Assembly (NCBI GenBank): GCA_050287085.1
Contig: JBNKBE010000006.1
Location: 207,189-271,188 of the forward strand
Length of the DNA: 64,000 bases
Direction: 5' to 3'
Source of the DNA: Polyangiaceae bacterium
Lineage (GTDB): Bacteria; Myxococcota_A; Polyangia; Polyangiales; Polyangiaceae
Shown here: positions 10,009 to 19,807 of the stretch, in pieces
Layout: each line of letters begins with the position of its first letter
How positions within the stretch are numbered: the first letter of the stretch is position 1
Translations under genes and position numbers: made by a program
The notes under the pieces: model-generated
Databases searched by the model: none
Seen by the model: only the letters and a program-made list of their open reading frames with translations
What the model was told of the DNA's origin: nothing

Positions 10009-11259
10009 CTAGGACCTCAGTCGCTCTCGAACAATACGGGCCAGCGTTTCCGGCTCAGAGCCTGAAGGGATGAGGCCCGCTCCCAGAGTCTCGTCCCCTC
10101 GCACCAGGACCCAACCGGCCTCCGTCGAACGCAGCACCGCGGCGCCTTCCCAATATTGCGCGTACGCCCGGGGCGAGGGCGCCGTGCAACAAGCGACGTC
10201 GGCGCCCCGCAAAGCAGCGATCACGCCTCGGGAGATCCCCTCCTCCAGCACGACGCGAGGAGGAGGCTCGAAACTGCGCTGGGCGTCGGACAAGGCCCAA
10301 AGCAGATGATTGATATCGATGGCGAAGCCCGCAGCGGCGCGCGACGAGCCAAAACGCTCGTGCAAACCGTCGTAGCGTCCGCCGGACGCCACCGGCTCAC
10401 CCGGCCCCAACGCGAGCAGCTGAAATACGACGCCCGTATAGTAGTCGAGGTCGCGGGTCTCACCGAGGTCGATGACCACCTCGGGTGCGAGTTCCGACAA
10501 GCTCTCCGCCAGGTCACGCAGTTCGCGCAGATAGGGCACCGCCGCGGTCGCTTGCAGTGCGCGCTCAGCATCCATAAGAACTTCCGTATCCCCGTGCAGG
10601 TCGACCAGGGCGACCAGCGCCCGCCGTTCTGCGGGCTGGAGCGGAGCGGCCTTGAGCAGCGTCTCCAACTGCGTCTTGTCTTTGGCCTCAAGCGCGACGG
10701 TCACCGGCGCTCGCAGGGGCGGCGGGACATCGCGGAGCAACGCACCCACCAGGCCAGCGTGGCCCAAATCGAGCACGAATGACTCCAGACGAGCGGCCCG
10801 CACCGCATCGCACATCAACGCGACAACCTCTCGATCGCCCTCGGGCCCGGGTTGACCTACGAGCTCCGCGCCCGCCTGCACGGTTTGACTTTCCAGTCGC
10901 GCTCGCTCTGCACGTCGACGCAATACCGACCCCTGGTAGGCAAGCCGAATAGGGCCTTGTTGCTCGCCGCAGCGAGTGGACACGACGCGGGCGATCTGAG
11001 GCGTCATGTCGGCCCGCAACGCCACGACCTCACCGGTTTCCGGCTCGATGAAGCGCAATGACTGGCCAGGTGCGTCGCGGCTGCGTTCCAGCACACCGGC
11101 ATACTCAAAGGTCGGAAGCCAGACACGCTGGTAGCCCGCCAAAGCAAAGGCGCGCATCACCTCACGACCCACCGCCGACTGCCGGTCGGCGAAAGGCGGC
11201 AGGACATCACGCATGCCAGCCGGCAACGAATTGACAATAAGAGTCACGGTGGCGAGCAC
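10009..11259 (-). CDS. hisZ: ATP phosphoribosyltransferase regulatory subunit
   Basis: LPAGMRDVLP, LRADMTPQIAR, QAGAELVG, DYYTG, SGGRYDGL; a separate full HisS is at 30843. Confidence 0.92.
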   Translation of the reverse strand: MLATVTLIVNSLPAGMRDVLPPFADRQSAVGREVMRAFALAGYQRVWLPTFEYAGVLERSRDAPGQSLRFIEPETGEVVALRADMTPQIARVVSTRCGEQQGPIRLAYQGSVLRRRAERARLESQTVQAGAELVGQPGPEGDREVVALMCDAVRAARLESFVLDLGHAGLVGALLRDVPPPLRAPVTVALEAKDKTQLETLLKAAPLQPAERRALVALVDLHGDTEVLMDAERALQATAAVPYLRELRDLAESLSELAPEVVIDLGETRDLDYYTGVVFQLLALGPGEPVASGGRYDGLHERFGSSRAAAGFAIDINHLLWALSDAQRSFEPPPRVVLEEGISRGVIAALRGADVACCTAPSPRAYAQYWEGAAVLRSTEAGWVLVRGDETLGAGLIPSGSEPETLARIVRERLRS

Positions 11260-11396
11260 ACTATCAGTTTGCGACCGCGACTTGGGGGGGCAAACTCTGC
11301 GCGATCAGACGGGCTGCAGAACCGCGGGCCAGCCGAAGACGTAAATTCCGAGACGGATCCTCGACGTGGACCGGTTGCGGTGGTTGCTTTCGATGC

Positions 11397-12143
11397 ATGA
11401 GCGCAGAGACCGACACAGCCCCCGAAGTTGACGTCTGGGAACGAACCAAGGGTCACAACGCCCCGGCGCAAGCCATGAACGAACGATTGTTCATGCTGCT
11501 CAACGTCTATGACTGCCCCCCGGGTGCGGATCCTCGAGAGGTCGCTCCGACTCTGCACGAGGCCTGTGTCAAGCACGACGCCAACGCCGTTATCTATGAA
11601 GACGTGACCAACCCCTTCGCGTTTGGTGTACTCAGCTGGAGCACGGACCCCGCACACTTCACTCAGGCGCTGCGTCCTGCCATAGCTTCTGCGCACGCGC
11701 TGCGGCTGTCGCCGCAACGGGCGTTCACGATGCTGGGGCGGAGCTACGCAACGGGTTACGAACCCGATTTGCGCTACTGGCTCATCGATCGTCCCATTGA
11801 CACGGTATGCAACCCTGCTTGGCCCTGGGCCGTCTGGTACCCGCTCCGTCGCTCAGGTGAGTTTGCGCGTCTCGAGCCGCGGGAACAGGGCGGTATCCTG
11901 CGAGAACATGCGGACATCGGCAAGGCCTACGGCTCTCAGAATCTCGCTCACGACGTGCGCTTGGCGTGTCACGGGCTCGATGCCCAGGACAACGAATTCG
12001 TCATCGGCTTGATCGGCGAGACGCTGCATCCTCTGTCTCACGTCGTTCAGCGCATGCGCTCTACGCGGCAAACATCGCAATATATCAACCAAATGGGGCC
12101 ATTCTTCGTGGGGCGTTCGGTCCTGCGAAACCGCGTCGCCTAA
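11397..12143 (+). CDS. Chlorite dismutase / coproheme decarboxylase (ChdC/HemQ) family protein
   Basis: WYPLRRS, proximal His in REHADIG, GLD..DNEF, MGPFFVG. Confidence 0.8.
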   Translation: MSAETDTAPEVDVWERTKGHNAPAQAMNERLFMLLNVYDCPPGADPREVAPTLHEACVKHDANAVIYEDVTNPFAFGVLSWSTDPAHFTQALRPAIASAHALRLSPQRAFTMLGRSYATGYEPDLRYWLIDRPIDTVCNPAWPWAVWYPLRRSGEFARLEPREQGGILREHADIGKAYGSQNLAHDVRLACHGLDAQDNEFVIGLIGETLHPLSHVVQRMRSTRQTSQYINQMGPFFVGRSVLRNRVA

Positions 12144-12186
12144 GCGTCCGGCGAGCACACGCGGCGCACGCAGGAAAGAGCGGCAC

Positions 12187-12274
12187 AGCCGTTCGCTTCG
12201 GCCAGTAGCGCTGCCGCTAGCCGTTCGCTTCGGCCAGTAGCGCTGCTGCTAGCCGTTCGCTTCGGCCAGAAGCG
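12187..12274. repeat. 32-bp tandem repeat (about 2.7 copies) duplicating the 3' end of the adjacent minus-strand gene
   Basis: AGCCGTTCGCTTCGGCCAGTAGCGCTGCCGCT at 12187, 12219, partial at 12251. Confidence 0.9.
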
Positions 12275-12968
12275 AATGGTAGGCCGCGCTCAGCTGCTGA
12301 AACGCGTTCACCGATCCGCCCCGGTCGGGATGTAGGGTTCGCGCGAGCGCCCGAAATGCGACGCGGATCTGGCGCTCACTCGCGCCTTCCGCAAGCCCCA
12401 GCTCTTTGAGCCAAGCTTCGCGACCGGAGCGTCCAACTGCAGCGGTGCTGCGCCCTCGCGCGCGGGGGCGACCCCAAAACACATAACGTGGTTCCAGGCG
12501 AGGGGCCCAACGCGGCGCCGGCTCGCTGACCACGTGAAATGCCACCCGACCCGCCTGCAGCTGGAAGGCATCCTCCAAGCGAATGCGGCTCTGAAGATCC
12601 AAGGCGCGCAGCAGCTGCTCAGGTCCAATGATGCCCGCTTCGACCCAAACATCACCGACCGAACGGCGACTGCGGCGCACACAAGCGCCCTCTAGCCTCG
12701 CACGCTCGCGAGCACTCAAGTCGCTCTCACGCCGCAGCAAGTCACCCAATCGCGTGCGAGCCGTAGGACCTCGTACGTGAGTCACCTGCCCTTCGCTCAG
12801 GTGAATGTCAAAGCGTTGGCAAGACTCACCATGGAGCGTCAATACGCCGGTCAAGCGTGCGCGATGGACGCGACCGAGTAGGTCGCCCAGTGTCGTTCGG
12901 GTTAGATCACCCTCAAGCTGCACGCGGCGAGAATGTCCGGGAAGCGCGCGCGGGCCAACTTTCCGCAC
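12249..12968 (-). CDS. DUF4388-like N-terminal domain plus C-terminal J-domain
   Basis: LEGDLTRTTLGDLL...LTGVLTL; RLGDLL; J-domain motif LHPDRGG. Confidence 0.8.
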   Translation of the reverse strand: MRKVGPRALPGHSRRVQLEGDLTRTTLGDLLGRVHRARLTGVLTLHGESCQRFDIHLSEGQVTHVRGPTARTRLGDLLRRESDLSARERARLEGACVRRSRRSVGDVWVEAGIIGPEQLLRALDLQSRIRLEDAFQLQAGRVAFHVVSEPAPRWAPRLEPRYVFWGRPRARGRSTAAVGRSGREAWLKELGLAEGASERQIRVAFRALARTLHPDRGGSVNAFQQLSAAYHSLLAEANG

Positions 12969-12978
12969 CTCCGAAAGC

Positions 12979-14094
12979 TCACGTTACGCCACTCGAACCG
13001 CCGCCAGGCCCCGGAGGTGTGCTCTTGGCCGCTTGGCTCGGCGGTGAATAGAAGTCAACGACTTCAACCGGTCGATCGCTCAGCGAAAGCTCAGCCTCGC
13101 CTCGCTCCCCCGCGACGTCGCCCCCCACTTGAAAGGCCGTCGACGGATCCATCGTGACCCGCACCGACTGGACCAAGAAATCAAAAATGTTGGAAGGATC
13201 GACGTGCTCACCGCGCCAGATTGCCGAGAGATGTTTGACAAACTCGGTGGGACCCAACGTACTGATTCGCAGGTTCATGCGATCCGGCATTTCGTCGGCG
13301 TAAGGAAACATCCGAAATCCGTAGCCATAATACGGAATCGTAGATGCCGCCGCGATCAGCGCCGGTCCATCGTATAACACCTCGCCGGTCGCGATCGGTC
13401 GGGTGTCAACACGTCCCGTCCGCCCGACCCTAAACGCCGGCGCGCCAAGATTGGTCACCCTGCAGTGGGGCACTCTGCGCAGCAGGTAGCTCGGCAGCGT
13501 GCGCGTCAACGTGGACACTACGTAGCTAAGCGGCCCTGCGGCGATCGCGCGCAAGGGCGTGCGAGCAAGCCTGGATTTGATCTTCTGATAGTCCTGGAGC
13601 ACCACCGCATCGACTCCGAAACCGCAGAAGGGGGTGAGCTGTCCATCCACCGACACCAGATTCAACGGCCTGGAGCCCGCCTCCGTCTTCAGCCGTAGAA
13701 TGTCCCCCGCCAGACCCCGGCTCTCGTCGGCGCCGACGACGTGCGCCAGGGCGTTGCCCGTTCCAAGCTTCAAATAGCCAAAGCGGGGCCGCGCGACGTT
13801 CAGAGCGTCTGCCACCTTGACCACGTTGGTCACGACCACGGAAAAGGTGCCGTCGCCCCCCCCGGCAAGCACGGTCCGGTACCCTCGCTCCACCACCGAG
13901 CGGGCAATCTCCCGAGCGTGGGTCAACGAGCGAGACACGTATAGGTCCTGGGCCGGAAGGATACGCCCGAGAAACGCCACCACGTCGTCGGTCACATTCT
14001 TGGCGTTACCATTTAGGATCACGGCCAGACGGTCTCCGCTCTCGCCGCCGCCTTCCTGAGCTTCGCGCCCCGGTTCGGACCCGCCTGCAAACAT
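12979..14094 (-). CDS. Diacylglycerol/lipid kinase family protein
   Basis: ILNGNA, GGGDGT, LGTGNALA, GFGVDA, YYGYG, QVGGD. Confidence 0.88.
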   Translation of the reverse strand: MFAGGSEPGREAQEGGGESGDRLAVILNGNAKNVTDDVVAFLGRILPAQDLYVSRSLTHAREIARSVVERGYRTVLAGGGDGTFSVVVTNVVKVADALNVARPRFGYLKLGTGNALAHVVGADESRGLAGDILRLKTEAGSRPLNLVSVDGQLTPFCGFGVDAVVLQDYQKIKSRLARTPLRAIAAGPLSYVVSTLTRTLPSYLLRRVPHCRVTNLGAPAFRVGRTGRVDTRPIATGEVLYDGPALIAAASTIPYYGYGFRMFPYADEMPDRMNLRISTLGPTEFVKHLSAIWRGEHVDPSNIFDFLVQSVRVTMDPSTAFQVGGDVAGERGEAELSLSDRPVEVVDFYSPPSQAAKSTPPGPGGGSSGVT

Positions 14095-14157
14095 CGAACT
14101 GGCTTATGCCTGATGAGACGCACCACAGACAAGCGAGGGGTGCTATAGGGCTCGGTC

Positions 14158-15198
14158 ATGCATTTCGTAGACGAGTGCTCCTTCCGAGTAGAAGCAGGTA
14201 AGGGCGGTGACGGCGCGATCGCGTTCCGACGCGAGAAATTTGTTCCCCTCGGTGGACCGGCCGGTGGTGATGGCGGACGCGGCGGTGACGTCGTTTTTGT
14301 GGGCGATCCGGGTAAGGGCACGCTGCAGGACCTGACCCACAACCACATTCTGCAGGCTCGCGGTGGAGACAATGGCTCCGGACGAGACAAGTACGGCCGC
14401 GGCGCCAAAGACCTCGAGCTGCGGGTGCCTCTCGGAACTGTGGTCATCGACGAAGAGTCGGGAGCGAAGGTGGGTGAGGTCACCCGCGAGGGTGAGCGCC
14501 TGATCGTGTGCAAAGGGGGGCGCGGCGGACGCGGCAACATGCACTTCACCACCCCTACCGACCGCGCTCCGCGACGAGCAGAGCCCGGTCAGCCTGGAGA
14601 GCAGCGCAGCGTCCGGCTCGAGCTCAAGGTGATGGCGGACGTAGGTCTCTTGGGCTTTCCGAACGTGGGCAAGAGCACTTTCATCAACTGCACAAGCCGC
14701 GCTCGTTCCAAGATCGCAGACTACCCGTTCACCACCCTCGAACCTCACCTAGGCGTTGTGGTTCTCGGCGAGCCCGACGCCGGGCTTGGACGCAGTTTTG
14801 TCATCGCCGACATCCCTGGCCTGGTGCCTGGCGCGGCTGAAGGTCAGGGCCTCGGCAGCCGTTTCTTACGCCACGTGGAACGCACGCGGGTCTTGCTGCA
14901 TCTTGTGACGCTCACCGACGATCCAGAGCGCTCACCCCGAGCCGACTACGAGGCGCTGCGCCTCGAGCTCCGCAAGTTCGATCCCCTGCTGGCTGAGCGA
15001 CCCGAGATCGTAGCGCTCTCGAAAGCCGATCTACCCGACGTCGCAGAGGCCTACGAGGCGCTGAAAGAGGAGTTCAAGTTGGAGCTCGACGTTGAGCTCC
15101 ACCTGATCTCCGCGGCGACACGCCAAGGGATCGACGCGTTGCTCACCCGCATCGAAGCCTCGCTCTCGGAAGCTCGCGCTCGACCGGCATTGCTCTGA
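14158..15198 (+). CDS. obgE: GTPase Obg/CgtA
   Basis: FVDE, FRREKFVPLGGPAGGDGG, GFPNVGKST, YPFTT, DIPG. Confidence 0.98.
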   Translation: MHFVDECSFRVEAGKGGDGAIAFRREKFVPLGGPAGGDGGRGGDVVFVGDPGKGTLQDLTHNHILQARGGDNGSGRDKYGRGAKDLELRVPLGTVVIDEESGAKVGEVTREGERLIVCKGGRGGRGNMHFTTPTDRAPRRAEPGQPGEQRSVRLELKVMADVGLLGFPNVGKSTFINCTSRARSKIADYPFTTLEPHLGVVVLGEPDAGLGRSFVIADIPGLVPGAAEGQGLGSRFLRHVERTRVLLHLVTLTDDPERSPRADYEALRLELRKFDPLLAERPEIVALSKADLPDVAEAYEALKEEFKLELDVELHLISAATRQGIDALLTRIEASLSEARARPALL

Positions 15199-15304
15199 GG
15201 CCCGCGAGTGTGAAAGTCATGCTACGCCGGCCGCTCCTCTTGCTGCGGCGGGCGGGCTTGTCGCGGCCCTCCTCAAGCAGAAAGAAGGCGACTCCCTTCG
15301 TACT

Positions 15305-16807
15305 CTAGGGGCCTAGCCCTTCGCCACCCAAGTCGAAGTTGTCGTAGTCATCCAGCTCATAGTCCTCGGGAGCGAGGTTATCGAAACGCGTGTACGCTGA
15401 CTCGAAGCGCACCTTTACGTCGCCGGTGGGGCCGTTTCTTTGTTTGGCCACAATCACCTCAGCCACCCCCTGATCGGGGCTGTCCTTGAAGTAGTACTCG
15501 TCGCGATAGATGAAGATGATGGTATCGGCGTCTTGCTCGATAGCACCTGACTCACGCAGATCGCTGAGCTGAGGGCGCTTGTCTTTCGTCGCGCGCGTCT
15601 CAACGGAACGATTGAGCTGACTGAGCGCGATGACGGCCACGCCCATTTCCTTCGCTAGCTGCTTGAGCCCTCGGGAAATCTCACTGATCTCCTGCTCCCG
15701 ACTGCCTGCGTCCCTGCGTCCGCTCATCAGCTGCAAGTAGTCGATCACAACCAGACCCAGCTTCTGTGCTTTCGGCCCTTCCGAACTTCCGCGGCCGATT
15801 TCCGCTTTCAGTCGGCGCAGCTTCGCCCTCAGATCGAGCAAAGAAATCGCCGGCGTATCGTCCAACCATAAGGGCAGCTGTCCCAGCATGGCGGCCGCTT
15901 CTGTTAGACGATTCCAGTCTTCCCCTCGAATCTGTCCGGAACGGATCTTCGATACGTCCACCCGCGCCTCGGAAGCGAGCACGCGAGATGCCAACTGTTC
16001 TCTGGGCATTTCCAGAGAGAAGAAGGCCACTCCGTAGCCTAATTCCTCTTGTTCACCCTGCTCGGCAGTGTATGTACGAGGCTGAGCGGCGTTGACCGCC
16101 AAGTTGAGCACGAACGACGTCTTGCCCATGCCCGGGCGCCCCGCCACGATGTACAGATCTCCCGCGTGGAGCCCGGAGCATCGCTTGTCGAGCTCGGTGA
16201 ATCCGGTGGGCATTCCCGTGATGGCACTGCCTCGTTTTGCGGCTTCGCCGAGAATATTGAAGGCGGTGAGAATGGCCTCCTTGAGCGGTCGCACAGAGCC
16301 CTGTTTGGCTACCCGGGCAATATCGAAGATCGCCTGCTCGGCGGAGTCGATGAACTCCTGGACGTCTCCTGTGTCCGCATAGCCCTCAACCGCAAAGCGC
16401 TGGCAGACGGAAATGATCTGTCGCAAGCGCGCGCGGCCCACCACGGTTTCCGCATGCGCTTTAACGTGGGCAACGGCAGGGGTCGCATCCGAGAGCTCCG
16501 CGAGATACGCGCTGCCCCCGATTTGCTCCAAGCGCTCGCGTTGACGCAGCCAACTGGCAACACTTACGAGATCAACCGGTTGTTCAACACGCCGAAGCTC
16601 GTAGATCGCCTCGTAGATGCGACGGTTGGCGTCCGAGTAGAAGTGCTCGGCTTGAAGTACGTCTTGGACCTCGTCAAAGGCGTCTGCGGACAACAACAGG
16701 GCGCTCAATACCGCCGCTTCCGCATCCAGGTCCTGTGGCGGGATGCGCCCTTCGCTCGGCCGCAGCGCCTCGGGTGCAGCCCGCTTGTGTTCGTTCCTAT
16801 ATGCCAC
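15305..16807 (-). CDS. dnaB: Replicative DNA helicase (no intein)
   Basis: AGRPGMGKT, FSLEM, IDYLQLM, LSQLNR, SDLRESGAIEQDAD, KQRNGPTG. Confidence 0.98.
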   Translation of the reverse strand: MAYRNEHKRAAPEALRPSEGRIPPQDLDAEAAVLSALLLSADAFDEVQDVLQAEHFYSDANRRIYEAIYELRRVEQPVDLVSVASWLRQRERLEQIGGSAYLAELSDATPAVAHVKAHAETVVGRARLRQIISVCQRFAVEGYADTGDVQEFIDSAEQAIFDIARVAKQGSVRPLKEAILTAFNILGEAAKRGSAITGMPTGFTELDKRCSGLHAGDLYIVAGRPGMGKTSFVLNLAVNAAQPRTYTAEQGEQEELGYGVAFFSLEMPREQLASRVLASEARVDVSKIRSGQIRGEDWNRLTEAAAMLGQLPLWLDDTPAISLLDLRAKLRRLKAEIGRGSSEGPKAQKLGLVVIDYLQLMSGRRDAGSREQEISEISRGLKQLAKEMGVAVIALSQLNRSVETRATKDKRPQLSDLRESGAIEQDADTIIFIYRDEYYFKDSPDQGVAEVIVAKQRNGPTGDVKVRFESAYTRFDNLAPEDYELDDYDNFDLGGEGLGP

Positions 16808-17211
16808 GTCGCTCTTCGCGTTCCTACTCTTGCTGCGTCACTCTTAGGTATCGTCCGACCGAGACTCGTCACGCCCGGCGTCGCTGCACTTAGCGCACGG
16901 CTCCCATGTGTAGCCACCCCTGAAAAGCGCCGCACCCTTTGGATGTCAACGGCTGCCCGTCACCCCCAAGTCGCGCCCAGGCGCCTCGCAACTTGTCCAC
17001 CGGATCCACACACTCGGCGTGCCCCCGATGCAGGGCCGCTCCGGGCGCGCTCCGGGGCAAGCTGAGCCGATACCTGAAAGCAAAGAGCACCAGGAGCCGC
17101 CGCCAAAACGCAGAAGGGAGCGCTTCATCTGTGATGAAACACTCCCTTCGAGCGCGTGCGAGCTTCCTGCTTGCATGCGCTCAAGCGCCAGGCGCTCTTT
17201 GCTCCGGAGCG

Positions 17212-17673
17212 CTAGCTCCCTTTGACCACCTCTACACGCAGCGTCGCTACGACTCCGCCGTGCAGACGCAGTAGGACCTCGGAAAGCCCAAGCGCACGAA
17301 TCGGCTCCGCGAGCTCCAGCTTGCGGCGGTCGAACTTCAGACCGTGAGCGGACTCATAGGCCTCTTCGATGTCGCGTGTCGTAACCGACCCGTACATCTT
17401 GTTCTCCTCGCCAACCTGACGGGTGATCTTGATGCTGACTGCCTCGAGCTTAGCCTTGAGCTGCTCAGCTTCCGCATTGAGCTCACGCTGTCGCTCCGCC
17501 GCCTTGGCCTTGAGCTCTTCTACCCGAGCGAGGTTGCCGCTGGTCGCGCGCGCAGCAAGGCCACGCGGGTACAGAAAATTGCGAGCATAACCCGGCTTGA
17601 CGCGTACGACGTCGCCACTAGTACCGAGGTGCTCCACGTCCTCTTGGAGGACGACCTGAATCGGTGTTGCCAT
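17212..17673 (-). CDS. rplI: 50S ribosomal protein L9
   Basis: VKPGYARNFL, KMYGSVT; ATG at 17673. Confidence 0.97.
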   Translation of the reverse strand: MATPIQVVLQEDVEHLGTSGDVVRVKPGYARNFLYPRGLAARATSGNLARVEELKAKAAERQRELNAEAEQLKAKLEAVSIKITRQVGEENKMYGSVTTRDIEEAYESAHGLKFDRRKLELAEPIRALGLSEVLLRLHGGVVATLRVEVVKGS

Positions 17674-17684
17674 CGTGACGTCTC

Positions 17685-17957
17685 CTATTCGTTGGTGGTG
17701 AAGGGCAATAGGGCGATATTGCGCGAACGCTTGATGGCCGTGGTCAGCGCACGCTGATGCTTGGCACAACAACCAGAGATTCGCCGCGGAACGATCTTCC
17801 CGCGCTCCGTGATGAAGTACTTGAGCAGCTGCGGATCCTTGTAGTCGATCTGCAGCTCTGTATCCCCGCAAAACGGACAACCCCGACGTCGCCCCAGTCG
17901 CTTGAAGGCTCCGCCCTCACCATTGCGATCGTAGACGCCTGCGTGCATGTCGCTCAT
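17685..17957 (-). CDS. rpsR: 30S ribosomal protein S18 (Cys-containing type)
   Basis: [24 protein letters not shown]. Confidence 0.97.
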   Translation of the reverse strand: MSDMHAGVYDRNGEGGAFKRLGRRRGCPFCGDTELQIDYKDPQLLKYFITERGKIVPRRISGCCAKHQRALTTAIKRSRNIALLPFTTNE

Positions 17958-18457
17958 TCGTCATCCTCCTCATCGTCGGAATCGGACTCATCATCGTCCG
18001 AGTCGTCGCTGTGGCCACCATACCCGCCGTCGTCATCGCGACGTATGCCGCCAACAAGGCCAAGCTCCTCGGCGAGCGTCTGCTCTTCCTCGGTGTCATC
18101 CACCTCGATGTGCTCGAAGCGAACGTCTTCCTCGTTGATTTCCTGAACCGTCTCCGCATCACCCAACTTGACGGTGTGATAGCGCAACACGGACTCTTGG
18201 AGCCGCAGGGCACGCTCCAACTCGGAGACGATGGCACCACCACCAAGGTACTTCAGGTAGACGTAAACACCACGCTTCTGACGCTGGATCTCGTAGGCCA
18301 GCTTGCGGCGGCCCCAGTTCTCAACGCGGGTGGTCTTGCCCCCGGACTTGATGATGTCCAAGACACGCCCGGCGATAGACTCGCTGGTCTCCTTCGGGGT
18401 GTCGGCTTTCAGTATGTATATGGTTTCGTATTCAGTTTGTACCGTAGCGTCTGCCAT
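17954..18457 (-). CDS. rpsF: 30S ribosomal protein S6 with long acidic tail
   Basis: [23 protein letters not shown]. Confidence 0.96.
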   Translation of the reverse strand: MADATVQTEYETIYILKADTPKETSESIAGRVLDIIKSGGKTTRVENWGRRKLAYEIQRQKRGVYVYLKYLGGGAIVSELERALRLQESVLRYHTVKLGDAETVQEINEEDVRFEHIEVDDTEEEQTLAEELGLVGGIRRDDDGGYGGHSDDSDDDESDSDDEEDDE

Positions 18458-18509
18458 TGGTACTCCTTTCGGACTAATGGCCCCTCGAGTAACTCGAGGA
18501 GCGAGGAGT

Positions 18510-19082
18510 TTATCGCTTTTGATTCGTCTGGTTCATGGCCGCCGCAATACCGCGCTCGATGAGCAGTTCTGTGGCGTCGATGGCGCGGTCGATCGCGTCA
18601 TCAAGTTCTGCCGCTTCGCCAGGGGCGAATTGCGTTAGCACAAAGTCGGCAACCTTGCCTCGAAAGTCGGTGGGCGGTCGTCCGATCCCCATGCGCAATC
18701 GAAGGTAGCTCTGGGTGCCGAGATGCTGGCTGATCGATCGCAAGCCGCGGTGGCCGGCCTCGCCGCCGCCCTCTTTCAATCGAACATCACCAAAAGGCAC
18801 ATCGAGCTCGTCATGAACGACGAGCACGTGGTCCGGTTCTACCTTGAAGAAGTCACACGCCGGCCGCACCGATTCTCCGGAGAGATTCATGAACGTCTGA
18901 GGCATGAGCAAGACGACCCGTTGGTGACCGAGCTCGGAGAGCGCAAACAATCCCTTGAACCGCTCTTTGAACGCCACCATTCCGCGGCGCCCAAGCACGC
19001 TGACAACATCGAAGCCGATGTTATGCCGCGTGCCGGCGTATTTGGCTCCCGGATTGCCGAGCCCCACGATCAACCAAGTCAC
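18510..19082 (-). CDS. pth: Peptidyl-tRNA hydrolase
   Basis: VGLGNPG, TRHNIGF, PQTFMNLSG, HDELD, GHRGLRS. Confidence 0.97.
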   Translation of the reverse strand: MTWLIVGLGNPGAKYAGTRHNIGFDVVSVLGRRGMVAFKERFKGLFALSELGHQRVVLLMPQTFMNLSGESVRPACDFFKVEPDHVLVVHDELDVPFGDVRLKEGGGEAGHRGLRSISQHLGTQSYLRLRMGIGRPPTDFRGKVADFVLTQFAPGEAAELDDAIDRAIDATELLIERGIAAAMNQTNQKR

Positions 19083-19129
19083 GCGCTACGCCCTGCCCAG
19101 CAAAACACTCAGTTGGGCCGCCGCTCAAG

Positions 19130-19729
19130 CTACTTCTTATCGGGGGTCTCTTCGTCCTCAGCCCCCCCTGCGCGACGACGAGAGCCGTAAACCCCGCCCA
19201 GACGCTGATTGGGCGGCAGAGAAACGGAGACGCCCTCGGGCAACGCCAGGTCAGCAACGCTCACCGAGTCCTCAATTTCCAAGGAGCTGACGTCGTGGGC
19301 GAGACGCGCCGGGATCTGCGAGGGCAGACACTTGACCGGCACCTTGCGGTACACCTTGCGAAGCGTTCCACCCATGACGAGCCCTTTCGGCTTGCCAACG
19401 AACTCGAGGGGTACCTGAACGAGCACCGGCTCGCTTTCTGATACCGCCTGAAAGTCCACGTGCAGCAGCGCGCGCGTCACCGGATGGACTTGATAGTCCA
19501 CCGCCTGTACCGCCTGCTCCTTGCCGTCGATCTGGAGATGAAGCACCACATTTTGGCCAAGCTCTCCGGCCCATGCGTGCTCCAATTCCTTCGGTTCGAC
19601 GCTTAGCGACTGCGTCGCGATCCCCTTGCCGTAGAGCACAGCTGGAATACGCCCTGCTTGCCGAAGCCGACGTGCGTGGCCCTTGCCGGACTCGGGTCGG
19701 GTGCTGGTTTCGAGTTTCACCGTCTGCAT
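19130..19729 (-). CDS. rplY: 50S ribosomal protein L25/Ctc
   Basis: ARRLRQAGRIPAVLYG, QVHPV..LLHVDF; lies between prs and pth. Confidence 0.95.
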   Translation of the reverse strand: MQTVKLETSTRPESGKGHARRLRQAGRIPAVLYGKGIATQSLSVEPKELEHAWAGELGQNVVLHLQIDGKEQAVQAVDYQVHPVTRALLHVDFQAVSESEPVLVQVPLEFVGKPKGLVMGGTLRKVYRKVPVKCLPSQIPARLAHDVSSLEIEDSVSVADLALPEGVSVSLPPNQRLGGVYGSRRRAGGAEDEETPDKK

Positions 19730-19807
19730 TTCTTCGTTCCGTTTCTTGGAGTTACCCGTCGATACGCTCAAGCTCGCCGCACTGGGCGGCCAAACCTCAG
19801 CCTGCGC

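Noticed and set aside
10009..11259. Apparent second hisS
   Set aside because: It has HisZ features and lacks a clear anticodon-binding domain; ordinary paralogue.
12187..12274. Possible mini-CRISPR (32-bp period)
   Set aside because: Units are contiguous with no unique spacers, copy a gene end, and no cas genes are present.
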